A DNA stretch of 64,000 nt from a virus: the IMG/VR virus record IMGVR_UViG_3300008450_000004, positions 52,882 to 116,881 of that record. The stretch is one strand, 5' to 3'. Position 1 is the stretch's first letter, and the number at the start of each line of letters is the position of its first letter. The position numbers and the translations under genes are program-made. Of the stretch, positions 21,151 through 31,608 are shown piece after piece. Under the pieces are notes generated by a model, which did no database searches, was not told where the DNA came from, and saw only the letters and a list, made by a program, of their open reading frames with translations.

Positions 21151-21435
21151 ATGAATATACTAACAAAAATATTATTTTTATTGTTTATAGTATTAAGTAG
21201 TTGCTCTACAGATGATAATGTTGATTACAATTGCACTCAAGGTACTATTAGAATATTAAATAAAGAAAAATATCCATGTGGTCGAGGTGGAGGATATTGT
21301 TCATTTATGTTTTATTTATATGATGGTAAAAAGGCTTATTGGTGTGATACTGATAGAGATACTTGGAATAAATATAATATAAACGATACATTACCTACAT
21401 TAGTAATAACTAAAACTGTATACAATGATAAATAA
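21151..21435 (+). CDS. putative lipoprotein
   Basis: LSS-C lipobox after a hydrophobic stretch. Confidence 0.55.
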   Translation: MNILTKILFLLFIVLSSCSTDDNVDYNCTQGTIRILNKEKYPCGRGGGYCSFMFYLYDGKKAYWCDTDRDTWNKYNINDTLPTLVITKTVYNDK

Positions 21436-21829
21436 AGAATTTACCCCTTACGAACAAGCATTAGCTTTAAAAGCAATTGGATTCAATGAACCTTGTTTAA
21501 AATATTGGAATGGTATTGGAGAATATTTTGACCAAAAAGATTGGTTTAATTGGAATCAATCTGAAAAGTTTGTTTCTATTCCTCTATACCAACAAGCATT
21601 TAGATGGTTTAGAGAGAAGTATAATATTCAAGGTTATATCTATTCAAGTACTGTCAGAGGTAATTCGGAAAAAACTAAACAGTTTACAGGGTACATTTGG
21701 AATATAAATGGTATTGATATGCCTTTTATTTCTACAGATGCTAGAGATGAATTACATGATACATACGAAGAAGCAGAACTCTATTGTCTTAGAAAATTAA
21801 TTGAAATAGTAAAAACAAAAATAAGATGA
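21425..21829 (+). CDS. hypothetical phage protein, paralog of 40509-40907
   Basis: shared blocks KEF.PYEQAL, PLYQQAFRWFREKY, YEEAEL.CL.KLIEIVK. Confidence 0.7.
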   Translation: MINKEFTPYEQALALKAIGFNEPCLKYWNGIGEYFDQKDWFNWNQSEKFVSIPLYQQAFRWFREKYNIQGYIYSSTVRGNSEKTKQFTGYIWNINGIDMPFISTDARDELHDTYEEAELYCLRKLIEIVKTKIR

Positions 21830-22260
21830 AACAAAGAATATATTTAGATGATATCAGAACACCGATCAACCCAAACAACGAATGGGTAGATGGTATTCCA
21901 AATTGGATTGTAGTAAGAAGCTATGATGAGTTCGTAACCAAAGTAAATGAAATTGGTTTAGATAACATTGAGTTTATTTCTCTCGACCATGACTTAGGTG
22001 ACAGCGCTATGAAAGAATGGCATACAAATGTATATCATAACTATAAATTAGATTACAATAACATAACTGAAAAAACAGGTTATGATTGTGCTAAATGGTT
22101 AGTTGAACAATGGTTAGATGGTAAACCAGTAGTTGATGTTTATACGCATTCAGCGAATGCTATCGGAAGTGCTAATATTATGGGTCTTATTAATAATTAC
22201 AGGCATATTAACAAATTGCCACAAAATTGTGTTAGAGTACAAATTGAACATACAGTATGA
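21826..22260 (+). CDS. cyclic-phosphate-processing receiver-domain protein
   Basis: IYLDDIRTP, ISLDHDLG, TGYDCAKW, HSAN..G. Confidence 0.75.
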   Translation: MKQRIYLDDIRTPINPNNEWVDGIPNWIVVRSYDEFVTKVNEIGLDNIEFISLDHDLGDSAMKEWHTNVYHNYKLDYNNITEKTGYDCAKWLVEQWLDGKPVVDVYTHSANAIGSANIMGLINNYRHINKLPQNCVRVQIEHTV

Positions 22261-22755
22261 TTTTAAGAAATAAATTATTGCAAGCACTAACATTAGTGCT
22301 AATAGTTATGGTAGCGGCTATGGTAATCTTTAAAATAGCTGATATGTTACCTGATCACCAAGTTAAAATAACTTATAGTGTAGGTGGTGCACAACGCGTT
22401 TATATTGTAAAATCTAGTTCAGTATCACATAAAACTAATAGTGAGTGTATTACATTTACAGATGATAATGGATGTAGTCATACAGTATGCGGAACATTTG
22501 AAACAGAAATAATAAAATAAAAGAATTAATATGAAAAAAACAGTTATAGATCTTTGCGTAACATTAATAGTCATTGGTAATATGACATACGCCTTACAAT
22601 GTTTTAGTATACTTACATTACCGTTATGGATATATACCCTTCCATATGCATTGTTTTTACTTTCATTATTATTTTTTTACATAAAAAAGTAATTATTATA
22701 TCTAAAAATAGGGATTGTCAAAATTACTTTATTATCTTTATAAAAAATAAAGGTT

Positions 22756-23343
22756 ATGAAAAATATTTTTAAAATTGATCCAAAAACACTTGAACTAAAA
22801 CCATTTAATGTTGTTAAAAAAATATTAATAACAGCAACAATAATATCAACTATCCTGAGTTCAGTATTCTTATACTCAGGATATAAGTTAGGTAAAAGTA
22901 CTTTAATTAGTCTTTCAGAAGAAGAAAAATTAATTATTATTCAAGAACGTAATAAATTTTCAGAAGAAAAATTAATTGAGAAATTAAAAGAATTAAACAT
23001 TAAATTTCCTCATATAGTATTTGCTCAATCAAAACTTGAAACAGGTAATTTTACAAGTAAAATATTTCGAGAAGGAAATAATTTATTTGGTATGCGTGAA
23101 GCTAAACAACGAATAACAACTGCTAAAGGTACTGAAAATAATCATGCCTTTTATAATACATGGTATGAATCAGTTTTAGATTATTCCTTCTATCAATGTA
23201 AATATTTATCAAACATTACAACTGAGGAATTATATTTTGATTATTTATCTCAATCATATGCTGAAAATATTAACTATGTTAGTATATTAAAAAATATGAT
23301 TAATAAAGAAAATTTAAAAGCTAAATTTAGTTTATCAAAATAA
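22756..23343 (+). CDS. membrane-anchored GH73-like glucosaminidase
   Basis: TM helix, AQSKLETG, NNLFGM, YAE...Y. Confidence 0.75.
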   Translation: MKNIFKIDPKTLELKPFNVVKKILITATIISTILSSVFLYSGYKLGKSTLISLSEEEKLIIIQERNKFSEEKLIEKLKELNIKFPHIVFAQSKLETGNFTSKIFREGNNLFGMREAKQRITTAKGTENNHAFYNTWYESVLDYSFYQCKYLSNITTEELYFDYLSQSYAENINYVSILKNMINKENLKAKFSLSK

Positions 23344-23377
23344 AAATATTATATTTACAAAATTAAAATAAAATAAT

Positions 23378-23704
23378 ATGAGTGGAGGATACTTTGATTA
23401 TAAACAATGGCACATCCAACAAATTGCTGAGGATGTAGAAACTATTATTGAGAAAAATGGTAGGAAAAAAACAAATGAAGAAATCAAAAATGAAGGAAGG
23501 TATGACCCTGATTGGTATAAAAAATACCCTGAAGATCTCTATCATTATCAATACCCAGATGAAGTAATTGAAAAATTTAAGGAAGGTTTAGTTATACTTA
23601 AAGAAGCAGCTATATACGCTCAACGTATTGACTGGTTATTATCGGGTGATGATGGTGAGGAATCATTCCATAGACGACTAAAAGAAGATTTGGATAAAAT
23701 ATGA
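23378..23704 (+). CDS. hypothetical phage protein
   Basis: MSGGYFDY...IDWLLSGDDGEESF. Confidence 0.65.
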   Translation: MSGGYFDYKQWHIQQIAEDVETIIEKNGRKKTNEEIKNEGRYDPDWYKKYPEDLYHYQYPDEVIEKFKEGLVILKEAAIYAQRIDWLLSGDDGEESFHRRLKEDLDKI

Positions 23705-24306
23705 GTAAAAATTTAAAAATAATATTTTTGGATAACGATGGAGTAATATGCCTATCCAATAATTGGGGCAGTCGTGTTAAAAAACGAAATAGTTGGAGCG
23801 GTTTGAAACTTTCAATGAGTTCAAGAGAAATACCTGTTGAATATCGTTTCGATAACTTTGATGAAAAAGCTATCAAAGTATTAAATGAAATCTTAAAAGA
23901 AACTGGAGCAGAAATAGTAGTTAGTTCTGATTGGAGACATCATGCAACATTAGAAGAGTTAGGAGAATATTACTTATCTCAAGGAATAATAAAAGCACCT
24001 ATCTCTGTTACTTCCGTAACTAGTGATATTAATCCAGAGCTTTGGAAAGTATTAAGACACAGAGCTGATTTAGAATTAGAACGTTCTATTGAAATATTGA
24101 ATTGGCTAGATAAGCACCCAGAAGTAACGAATTGGGTTGCTGTTGATGATTTAAATATGTCTGTTAAGTATTTATCTGATCGTTTTACTCATAAAGATGG
24201 ATTAGATGAAAAGCCGGGCTTAACTAACTTCGTTCATACAGTAAAATCTAATGAAGGGATAAAGCAAAGTGGTATTAAAGAAAAAATAATAAAGTATTTG
24301 ATATGA
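23701..24306 (+). CDS. HAD-family phosphatase (HAD_SAK type)
   Basis: FLDNDGV, VSSDWR, WVAVDD. Confidence 0.8.
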   Translation: MSKNLKIIFLDNDGVICLSNNWGSRVKKRNSWSGLKLSMSSREIPVEYRFDNFDEKAIKVLNEILKETGAEIVVSSDWRHHATLEELGEYYLSQGIIKAPISVTSVTSDINPELWKVLRHRADLELERSIEILNWLDKHPEVTNWVAVDDLNMSVKYLSDRFTHKDGLDEKPGLTNFVHTVKSNEGIKQSGIKEKIIKYLI

Positions 24307-24528
24307 AAACAATAACGCAACAAATACAAATAAAAAAATAACATGAAAGAAACACATATCGCATTATTACAATTATCGTTTGGCAATGATATACTTAAAA
24401 CAATTGATTATATTAAAGAAGCTGGAGTAGAAACGATTATACTTTCTTCTGGAGAAGAAGTGGCTTCGGATAAATTTTGCAATAACATTAAAGAGTATTA
24501 TAATTTAACACACTAAAACAAAACAAAC

Positions 24529-25011
24529 ATGAATTTAAAATTAAACAGTTGGTATGTATGGTTATGGGATTATACATATTCAGAAAGAGTTCCAAACAAT
24601 CTTTGTCCTTTATTTTGGAAATTAGTAGTAGCAGTATTATTATTTATTCCAAATGTTATTTTTAGAATACCTACAGTAATAGTTAATTTATTTTATAGTA
24701 AAGGAAATAAAATAATTGAAGGTAGAACAGGTATAGGTATATTAATTTATATGTTTTTAATTGCTTCTGTATTTGTATTATATTCTATATATAACTATTT
24801 ATTATGGTTATTTGAAGCTTATAGTTATGATAAAGACTGTGCTACTTTTGGAGGGATTGGTTTATGTGTAGCTTTATTCTTTCTTATTAGATATTATTGG
24901 TTAAAGAAAGATGTAGGATATGCTATTAAAGAAACAACAACAGATAATATAATAGTAAATTATGCTTCATCTTGGTATAACAAACATTGCCCTAAAATAA
25001 ATTGGAAATAA
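24529..25011 (+). CDS. membrane protein
   Basis: three hydrophobic helices; NLCPLFW and KHCPKINW motifs. Confidence 0.6.
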   Translation: MNLKLNSWYVWLWDYTYSERVPNNLCPLFWKLVVAVLLFIPNVIFRIPTVIVNLFYSKGNKIIEGRTGIGILIYMFLIASVFVLYSIYNYLLWLFEAYSYDKDCATFGGIGLCVALFFLIRYYWLKKDVGYAIKETTTDNIIVNYASSWYNKHCPKINWK

Positions 25012-27008
25012 ATAACATGAAAGGATTATTAAATAATAATGAAACATCGTTTGTTAATCCTGAACAAAAACAAACAGCAGTTGAATGGTTACATGAAATT
25101 GCAAAACAAAGAGAACCTGATAAGTTTGATTGGCAACAAGCCAAAGCAATGGAGAAAGAACAGATAATCAAAGCTATTGACTATTGTAGAGATAAATACA
25201 TTGATTCGGAAAATTACTACAACGAAACCTATGGAAAATAAAATAACAGCAATGCAACAACTACTTACTCAACTAAAAGACGAAAGAGCAAAACTTCCAA
25301 TACTTATTGAATGGGATAGATGTTATCAAGCTATTGAGATGGTAATACAAAATACTTATTTACCAATCGAGAAGAAGCAAATAATGTGTGCTTATGTTGA
25401 AGGATGTAGTGATTCTATTTTAGACGAATCAACAGATAAAACACGGTCAGAAGATTATTATAATGAAACATTTGAAAAAGAAGTAAGATGAAGAGAAATG
25501 AATTAAGAATTGGTAATTTAGTTGATTTAGGTAATAGAATTGCTAAAATTATTGAAATAAGTAATTTATCTTGTGTAGTTGTTGATTTAGAAGAAACACA
25601 AGATACAATAGAGGATTATGAACGAACAAAACCAATACCATTAACCGAAGAGTGGTTGTATAAATTTGGGTTTAAGGATATAGATAAAGGTGATCATGAT
25701 TATAATACATATACCGATTCAAACCACGACTACTATTTACAAATTGATGTTAGGAAAAAAGATGGTAAATATAGTATTTTAGATAATTCTTTTGATGATT
25801 TAAGGGATTTTTCAATGGTAGATATTAGTTATGTTCATCAACTTCAAAACCTTTATTTTGCTTTAACAGGTGAAGAATTAATTATGAATAATAATACATA
25901 CTCAATACCCATTTACGAAAACGGAATAAAAACAGAATGGAGTGTTGATGGTATTGTAGGTGATGAAAAATATTATCAACTATTAGAATTAGGTAATGGA
26001 AAAGATTTACCTGATATGATTAACACAACAATAAAAGGATAGAAAGTTATGAATAAAGAACAAGAAGGTATTATTGAGTTGGTTGGTCAAGAATATACTA
26101 AATGGTTTTATGATAATGCGGTTCCATCTGTTAGTGGTAAGCCTATATTAAATGGGGAATGGATATTAACTAGATGTGAATTCATCAACAAATGTAAAAA
26201 CGATTCTGAGTTCTCTGAAAAGTGGGGATTAAAGATTGAGGAACGAGAGTTAGATATGATGGAAAGATGGGTGATAGCAGATTTAACACCTAATATGGAA
26301 GAATTTGATTTTGCTAATTATATGTGCGATAAACATAATGTCCCAACCAAACTAATCACAATAACATATAAAAACGAAAGGATAGAAAGTTATGAATAAT
26401 AAAATCAAAAAAGGAAATCTGAATTATGACCAATCAGGTAGAGCATACCCCGATAATCCACAAATAAAAGAAAATTGGAATTGTATTTGGGAAAAAGATG
26501 GTAAACATTATAAGTTAGTTAGTGATAATGAGCATAAAGAATGGGAAGAAATAGAAAAACAATAGAAAGTTATGAATAATCTTAGAACTATAACTCTTAC
26601 AAATCCATCATATACTTTTGTTGGAATATATCCTAAACTTATAATAAATTTTGATACAGATAAAAATGATACTGAATTAGATGGGATGATTGTTGATGGT
26701 ACTGAAACTACACTTAATAAAGTATCTACAACCGTTAAATGTAAATTATCATATAAAGATGGTAAATTAACTGGAGAAAAAATAAAATAATGAATAAAAG
26801 AAGAGACCAAATAGAATCACTATTAAATATGGAAGACCCAATAACAAAACAAAATTGGATGGGTTGGGATAAAAAAGACTGTTCAGAAGTAGGGTTGTGC
26901 GAAATCCTATTAGCACAACTTATCAGAGAACATAAACAAGAGAATGGTGAGTGGTATGATACCGATTACGATAAAATAAAATTAAGATACAATGAACAAC
27001 CTAGATAA
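25002..27008 (+). CDS. run of small mosaic accessory genes (includes an unlisted 57-aa ORF at 26392-26565)
   Basis: tightly packed ORFs; KQTAVEWL and NELRIGN family motifs. Confidence 0.55.
26039..26579 (+). repeat. three copies of ATAGAAAGTTATGAATAA at consecutive gene starts
   Basis: exact 18-mers at 26039, 26382 and 26562. Confidence 0.85.
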
Positions 27009-27063
27009 AACATACACAGCACTCCTTCAAGACATTCTTGATAATGGATTTTTCCGAAGATAG
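26992..27063 (+). pseudogene. orphaned 5' fragment of thyA
   Basis: MNNLDKTYTALLQDILDNGFFRR* aligns with the ThyA start MNKLDLDYQNLLKDILENG. Confidence 0.75.
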
Positions 27064-27106
27064 ATAATGTTCCTGTATTTTATAATATTTATAATAAAAA
27101 AATATT

Positions 27107-27826
27107 ATGAAAGCATACATTTATAAAAAGACACTACTTCTAACTGGAAGATCATATATAGGTCAACATAATGGAAATGATCCTAACTATTATGGAAGTG
27201 GAGTAGATTGGAAAAAAGATATTAAAAAATACAATATAGACTGGAATCAGGATATTATAACTGAAATTTTAGAATACGTTGAAGATATTAATCAATTAGA
27301 TGAAAGAGAAGAATATTGGTTAAAACATTTTGATGTAGTCAATAACCCGTTATATTACAATAAAACAACAAAACCATTTGGTCCTATTACTCATTCTGAA
27401 GAAACAAGAATAATAATATCTAATAAAAATAAAGGGAAAAAAAGAGAAGGAGAAGCATTAGATAATTTAAGAAAAGGACATAAAAAACGTATTTTAAATA
27501 TAAATAGAGAGAAGATATCTCAAACTAAAAAAGGACATGAGTGTTATAAAAATCCTGAAAGAGCAGAGAAAATAAAAAAAGCTAATTTAGGAAAAAAAAG
27601 AACAGAAGAAACTAAACAAAAAATGAGCAAAGCTCTTCTAGGTAAAAGTACAAAACCTAAAAAACAAATAAAAGAATATGATTTAGAACAAAATTTCATC
27701 CAAACTTGGAATTCAGTAAATGAATTAATATCTTATTATAAAGAAAATAATTTAGGTTTTGATTATACTACATTTTTAAAAAAACAAAAAGAAAATAAAC
27801 CTTATAAAAACCGTTATTGGTTATGA
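27107..27826 (+). mobile_element. free-standing GIY-YIG homing endonuclease with NUMOD3-like repeats
   Basis: YIY...YIG, YYGSG, HSEETR, RTEETKQKMS. Confidence 0.85.
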
Positions 27827-28941
27827 ATAAATTAGATTTAGATTACCAAAATTTACTAAAAGATATTTTAGAAAATGGCATAAAAAAAGAAACTAGAAAT
27901 GGTGGTACCATTAGTGTATTTGGTAGACAAATACGTCATAAAATGAGTGAAGGATTTCCACTTCTTACAACCAAGAAGATGAGTTGGAAATCAATTGTAA
28001 CAGAGTTATTATGGTTCTTACGTGGTGAGACATCAATAGAATATCTCTTAAAAAACGATTGCAATATCTGGACAGGAGATGCGTATAAGAATTATTGTGA
28101 AAATATAAATCTTCCACCAACACGAACATTACCATTGGGAACTAAGGTAATTCCTACATTATACACACAAGAAGAATTCATCAACAAAATCAAAACAGAT
28201 GATGAGTTTGCTAAACAGTGGGGTGAATTAGGTCCGATTTATGGTAAGCAATGGAGAAGATGGAAAGGTAAGTTAGTTGATAAATCAATAGAGTTTGATG
28301 CACATACTGCCTGGGTACCTGAGCAAATAGATCAAATTGCAAACTTAATCAACGACCTAAAAACAAACCCAGACTCAAGACGATTAATGGTTAATGCTTG
28401 GAATGTAGGTGAATTAGACCAAATGGTACTTCCTCCTTGTCATTATAGCTTTCAAGTTTATACAAGAGAGTTGAGTAAAGATGAACGATTAGAATGTCTA
28501 AATAAGATAAAGGATAAAGATGGTTTGTTTATCACAAAGTTACCACATAAACATTTACGTGAGCTGTTTGAAAAACATAACATTCCAACCAGAGCAATCT
28601 CTTTAATGTGGAATCAACGTTCAGTAGATACATTCTTAGGTTTACCATTCAATATTGCTTCTTATGGATTGTTATTAGAAATCATTGCTAAAGAAGTTAA
28701 TATGGTTCCTGATGAACTTATAGGTAACTTAGGCGATACACATCTTTATTCTAATCATATTGAACAAGCTAAAGAACAAATTGGTAGAGAACCATATCCA
28801 TTACCAACATTAAATATTTTTGAACCAACAATTGGTAAAAAAATATCTATACTTGATAATTTACATATATGGTCACCTAATTGTTTTATTATAGAAAACT
28901 ACCAATCACACCCAACAATTAAAGCACCTTTATCAAATTGA
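27823..28941 (+). CDS. thyA: thymidylate synthase
   Basis: FPLLTTKK, ELLWFL, LPPCHY, QRSVD.FLGLPFNIASY. Confidence 0.97.
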   Translation: MNKLDLDYQNLLKDILENGIKKETRNGGTISVFGRQIRHKMSEGFPLLTTKKMSWKSIVTELLWFLRGETSIEYLLKNDCNIWTGDAYKNYCENINLPPTRTLPLGTKVIPTLYTQEEFINKIKTDDEFAKQWGELGPIYGKQWRRWKGKLVDKSIEFDAHTAWVPEQIDQIANLINDLKTNPDSRRLMVNAWNVGELDQMVLPPCHYSFQVYTRELSKDERLECLNKIKDKDGLFITKLPHKHLRELFEKHNIPTRAISLMWNQRSVDTFLGLPFNIASYGLLLEIIAKEVNMVPDELIGNLGDTHLYSNHIEQAKEQIGREPYPLPTLNIFEPTIGKKISILDNLHIWSPNCFIIENYQSHPTIKAPLSN

Positions 28942-28969
28942 TCGATATTTATATTAAATAACAAACATA

Positions 28970-29281
28970 ATGAAAAAATCAGAGCTAAAACAAATTATTA
29001 AAGAAGAAATTAGTAAGATAATAAACGAATTTAAATACGAAATAATTGATCCTCAACAATCAAAATAATCATTAAATAATATATTAGACGCAATAAAATT
29101 ACTAAATAACAATGGATTGAAATTAACTCCTGAAGATAAAAGTGGTCATTATTCAGGCGGATATAATCATATCAATTCAATGTATGTAAATAGCCCCGTT
29201 CCTTTTGATGTATTAATAAGAAAGGCTAATGATATATTAGCTCAAAACGACATGGAGCACTTAAAGATTATTGAAGTATAA
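28970..29281 (+). pseudogene. ELKQIIKEEI-leader protein with an in-frame TAA at 29066
   Basis: the frame stays open for about 70 codons after the stop. Confidence 0.55.
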
Positions 29282-29284
29282 TAA

Positions 29285-29944
29285 ATGAATAAAACTCCTC
29301 CTTACATATCAGATGATTTTCAAATAGGACCAGATGGTGCGTTTGAATACATTGAAGATGATATTGTTAGAAATAGAGGAAATAAAAATATGAGTAATAA
29401 AGAAGATAAAATATTAAGGGAAATATACAAACGTGCTTATGCTGCTGCTACACCACCAGCCGATTTTGATATATTAATAGCTAATGCTACCTTAGACGAA
29501 TATAATAGAAAAGTAATACCATATAACGATTATGAGTTAGAAGATGGTATTGCCCAACAAATAATAGATGATGTAATGAAGGAATTTAAAGTAGCGAAAT
29601 GGAAACGTCAATTGTTTAATAATACATATTGGTTAGGTTGTTCACCTAAGAGTAAACAAGATGATTTATCAGATTGGAATGTTACACTTAATGATGGAAT
29701 CTCTATAATAAATTAAGGCTTGGCAGAGTCTTTTTTGTATATTTATAAAAATAAATTTAACATGGATGATATTGAAGAAAAAAATTATCGAATGGAGTTA
29801 TTTAGGAATTCACCTAATTACAAATGGCCTAAAGTAGATTCAGAGGAAATGATTAAACCTCATTCAAAAAAAGGTCGTAAACCAAAACCCTCTAAACGTA
29901 TTATAAATAAATCATCTGAACATTATAAATGGTGGAGAGATTAA
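29285..29944 (+). CDS. two hypothetical proteins (29285-29716, about 29762-29944)
   Basis: ORF track. Confidence 0.5.
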
Positions 29945-30144
29945 TATGATAGTAACAAATAAAACACAAGAAGTTATAGAAGAATTTGGTGTAGACCTGG
30001 TTTATGAAGTAATTGAAATAGTGTCAATGTCAGATGCTGATGGTGCATATACAATGTTTGGGGATATGGGTATGTTTGATCATCAGGCCTGTGTTGAAAT
30101 GTTGTATTTCGAATAAAAAATTATATTTTTAATTGTATAAGATT

Positions 30145-30177
30145 GGGACTGTCAAAGTCCCTTTTTTATCTTTACAC
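30145..30177 (+). promoter_or_regulatory. hairpin plus GTCAA-N11-TATCTTTA promoter motif at the head of the cassette array
   Basis: GGGAC-TGTCAAA-GTCCC-TTTTTTATCTTTACAC. Confidence 0.55.
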
Positions 30178-30267
30178 CTGTTAAACGTCCGATGATAAAC
30201 AATCGTTTTAATGTTGTTTATCATTTGTTATATTTAGTTTTCGTTTAATTTACAAAATAATAAAAAT

Positions 30268-30516
30268 ATGGAAAAAGAAAAATTTATTGATGATAATGGT
30301 AAAGAAATATATGAGATTTCTTGTAAGACCGTATATAAGGAAGAGGATTTATCACCACATATTGTGTGTAATTTCACCTTAAAAAATATTGATGAAAATT
30401 GGGTAGTCAATATGAAAGAAGAAGATAGAGAAGAATTCATAACTGATGCTTTTTATAAGTTAAAATATTTTTTAAGGGGTGAAATTGGTAGTATTAAAAA
30501 ATTAAACGAAAATTGA
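30268..30516 (+). CDS. cassette 1 ORF, hypothetical
   Basis: ends just before the ATATAAC core. Confidence 0.65.
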   Translation: MEKEKFIDDNGKEIYEISCKTVYKEEDLSPHIVCNFTLKNIDENWVVNMKEEDREEFITDAFYKLKYFLRGEIGSIKKLNEN

Positions 30517-30650
30517 ATATAACGATTCGCAGGTATGAAACGTGCCAACACAAATGATAATTGAAACAATGAATTTGAAATTAACATAAATACTAACTTA
30601 GATGCACCAAGGGCATGTTTTATACTTGCTGTTAGGCATCTGTAAAAATT

Positions 30651-30818
30651 ATGGATATGAAAACGAAAAATTACATTAAAACTTATTATAAGTTATACTT
30701 TACTGAGTGGAAATGGGTAATACTTGGAGTTGGTGCATTACCAATATTTGTACTGATATTGTTATCAGGGATACTACATGACATTACACACCCACTTAGT
30801 AATTTTTATTGTGCATAA
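30651..30818 (+). CDS. cassette 2 ORF, 55-aa single-TM protein (not in ORF track)
   Basis: MDMKTKNYIKTYYKLYFTEWKWVILGVGALPIFVLILLSG...; stop codon lies within GCATAAC. Confidence 0.6.
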   Translation: MDMKTKNYIKTYYKLYFTEWKWVILGVGALPIFVLILLSGILHDITHPLSNFYCA

Positions 30819-31073
30819 CGGCTGCGTGTATGAAACGTAGCCACACACAACACTTGATATAAACCACAGACCTTAATTGGCTATGTTTTATACACGTTGT
30901 TATAAATATGGTTTTAGGTGGCGAAAGCAGTAGCACCATCTATTTGAATGTATTTGATTTAGTACTGGCGAGGGAAAAGTTAGTCATTCACACCTAAAAC
31001 TTGTTTATAACGTTTTGCGTATTGGCGTTGTTGCCAACACTAATGTTAAATTGAAAAAATAAATTTGAAATAT

Positions 31074-31295
31074 ATGGAAAATATTGATTTGAAACAAGAA
31101 AGCAATAATGCTAATACGCTGTTATCGGCAGTTTCTCGTCCTGTTGCTAAAATGAAAGTACAATGGCATGGGTATGATTGTATTATACAGAAACTACGAT
31201 ACAGAGATAAGGTTGCTAAACTCAAACCTGATTATAGTGGTAAACCCATGCCATACGATTATTTTTGGGTAGATTTTAATGAAATCGGTTTTTGA
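31074..31295 (+). CDS. cassette 4 ORF, starts inside the hairpin loop
   Basis: MENIDLKQESNNANTLLSAVS...; reads through the stem and GTT. Confidence 0.55.
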   Translation: MENIDLKQESNNANTLLSAVSRPVAKMKVQWHGYDCIIQKLRYRDKVAKLKPDYSGKPMPYDYFWVDFNEIGF

Positions 31296-31350
31296 AATTG
31301 CCGATAACGGTTTGCGTGTTTATTTAGTTGCGATTTAAAAATACAAAATT

Positions 31351-31545
31351 ATGATAAAAGAAAAAGAATACTTAGAAGCAAAAAAGATTGTTGAAACCTA
31401 CGAAAGCGAGCAATTGAATAAACACGCTGTTAGTGGGCAAAGCGAACAGTTACCAAACTCTTGCGAATGTGATAATGTAGAAACATTCAATGGCTGGGGT
31501 AACGAAAAATGTATTAGATGTATAGACTGTGGCAGAGTTTGGTAA
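31351..31545 (+). CDS. cassette 5 ORF, zinc-ribbon-like, starts inside the hairpin loop
   Basis: EQLNKHAVSGQSEQL crosses the stem; CEC...CIDC. Confidence 0.6.
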   Translation: MIKEKEYLEAKKIVETYESEQLNKHAVSGQSEQLPNSCECDNVETFNGWGNEKCIRCIDCGRVW

Positions 31546-31608
31546 TTGCCACTAACTATTATATATACTTAACCATATTTTCTTACCAATAAAATCAATA
31601 ATTTAAAT

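Larger units (their letters stand above)
30184..31556. mobile_element. integron-like array of five cassettes with attC-like hairpins
   Basis: AAC-5nt-stem...stem-GTT hairpins at 30184-30229, 30521-30633, 30817-30901, 31009-31123, 31306-31431; each body bounded by its own GTT...AAC inverted repeat. Confidence 0.8.

Noticed and set aside
26992-27826. group I intron in thyA
   Set aside because: No room for an intron core around the endonuclease, and the downstream thyA is complete with its own start.
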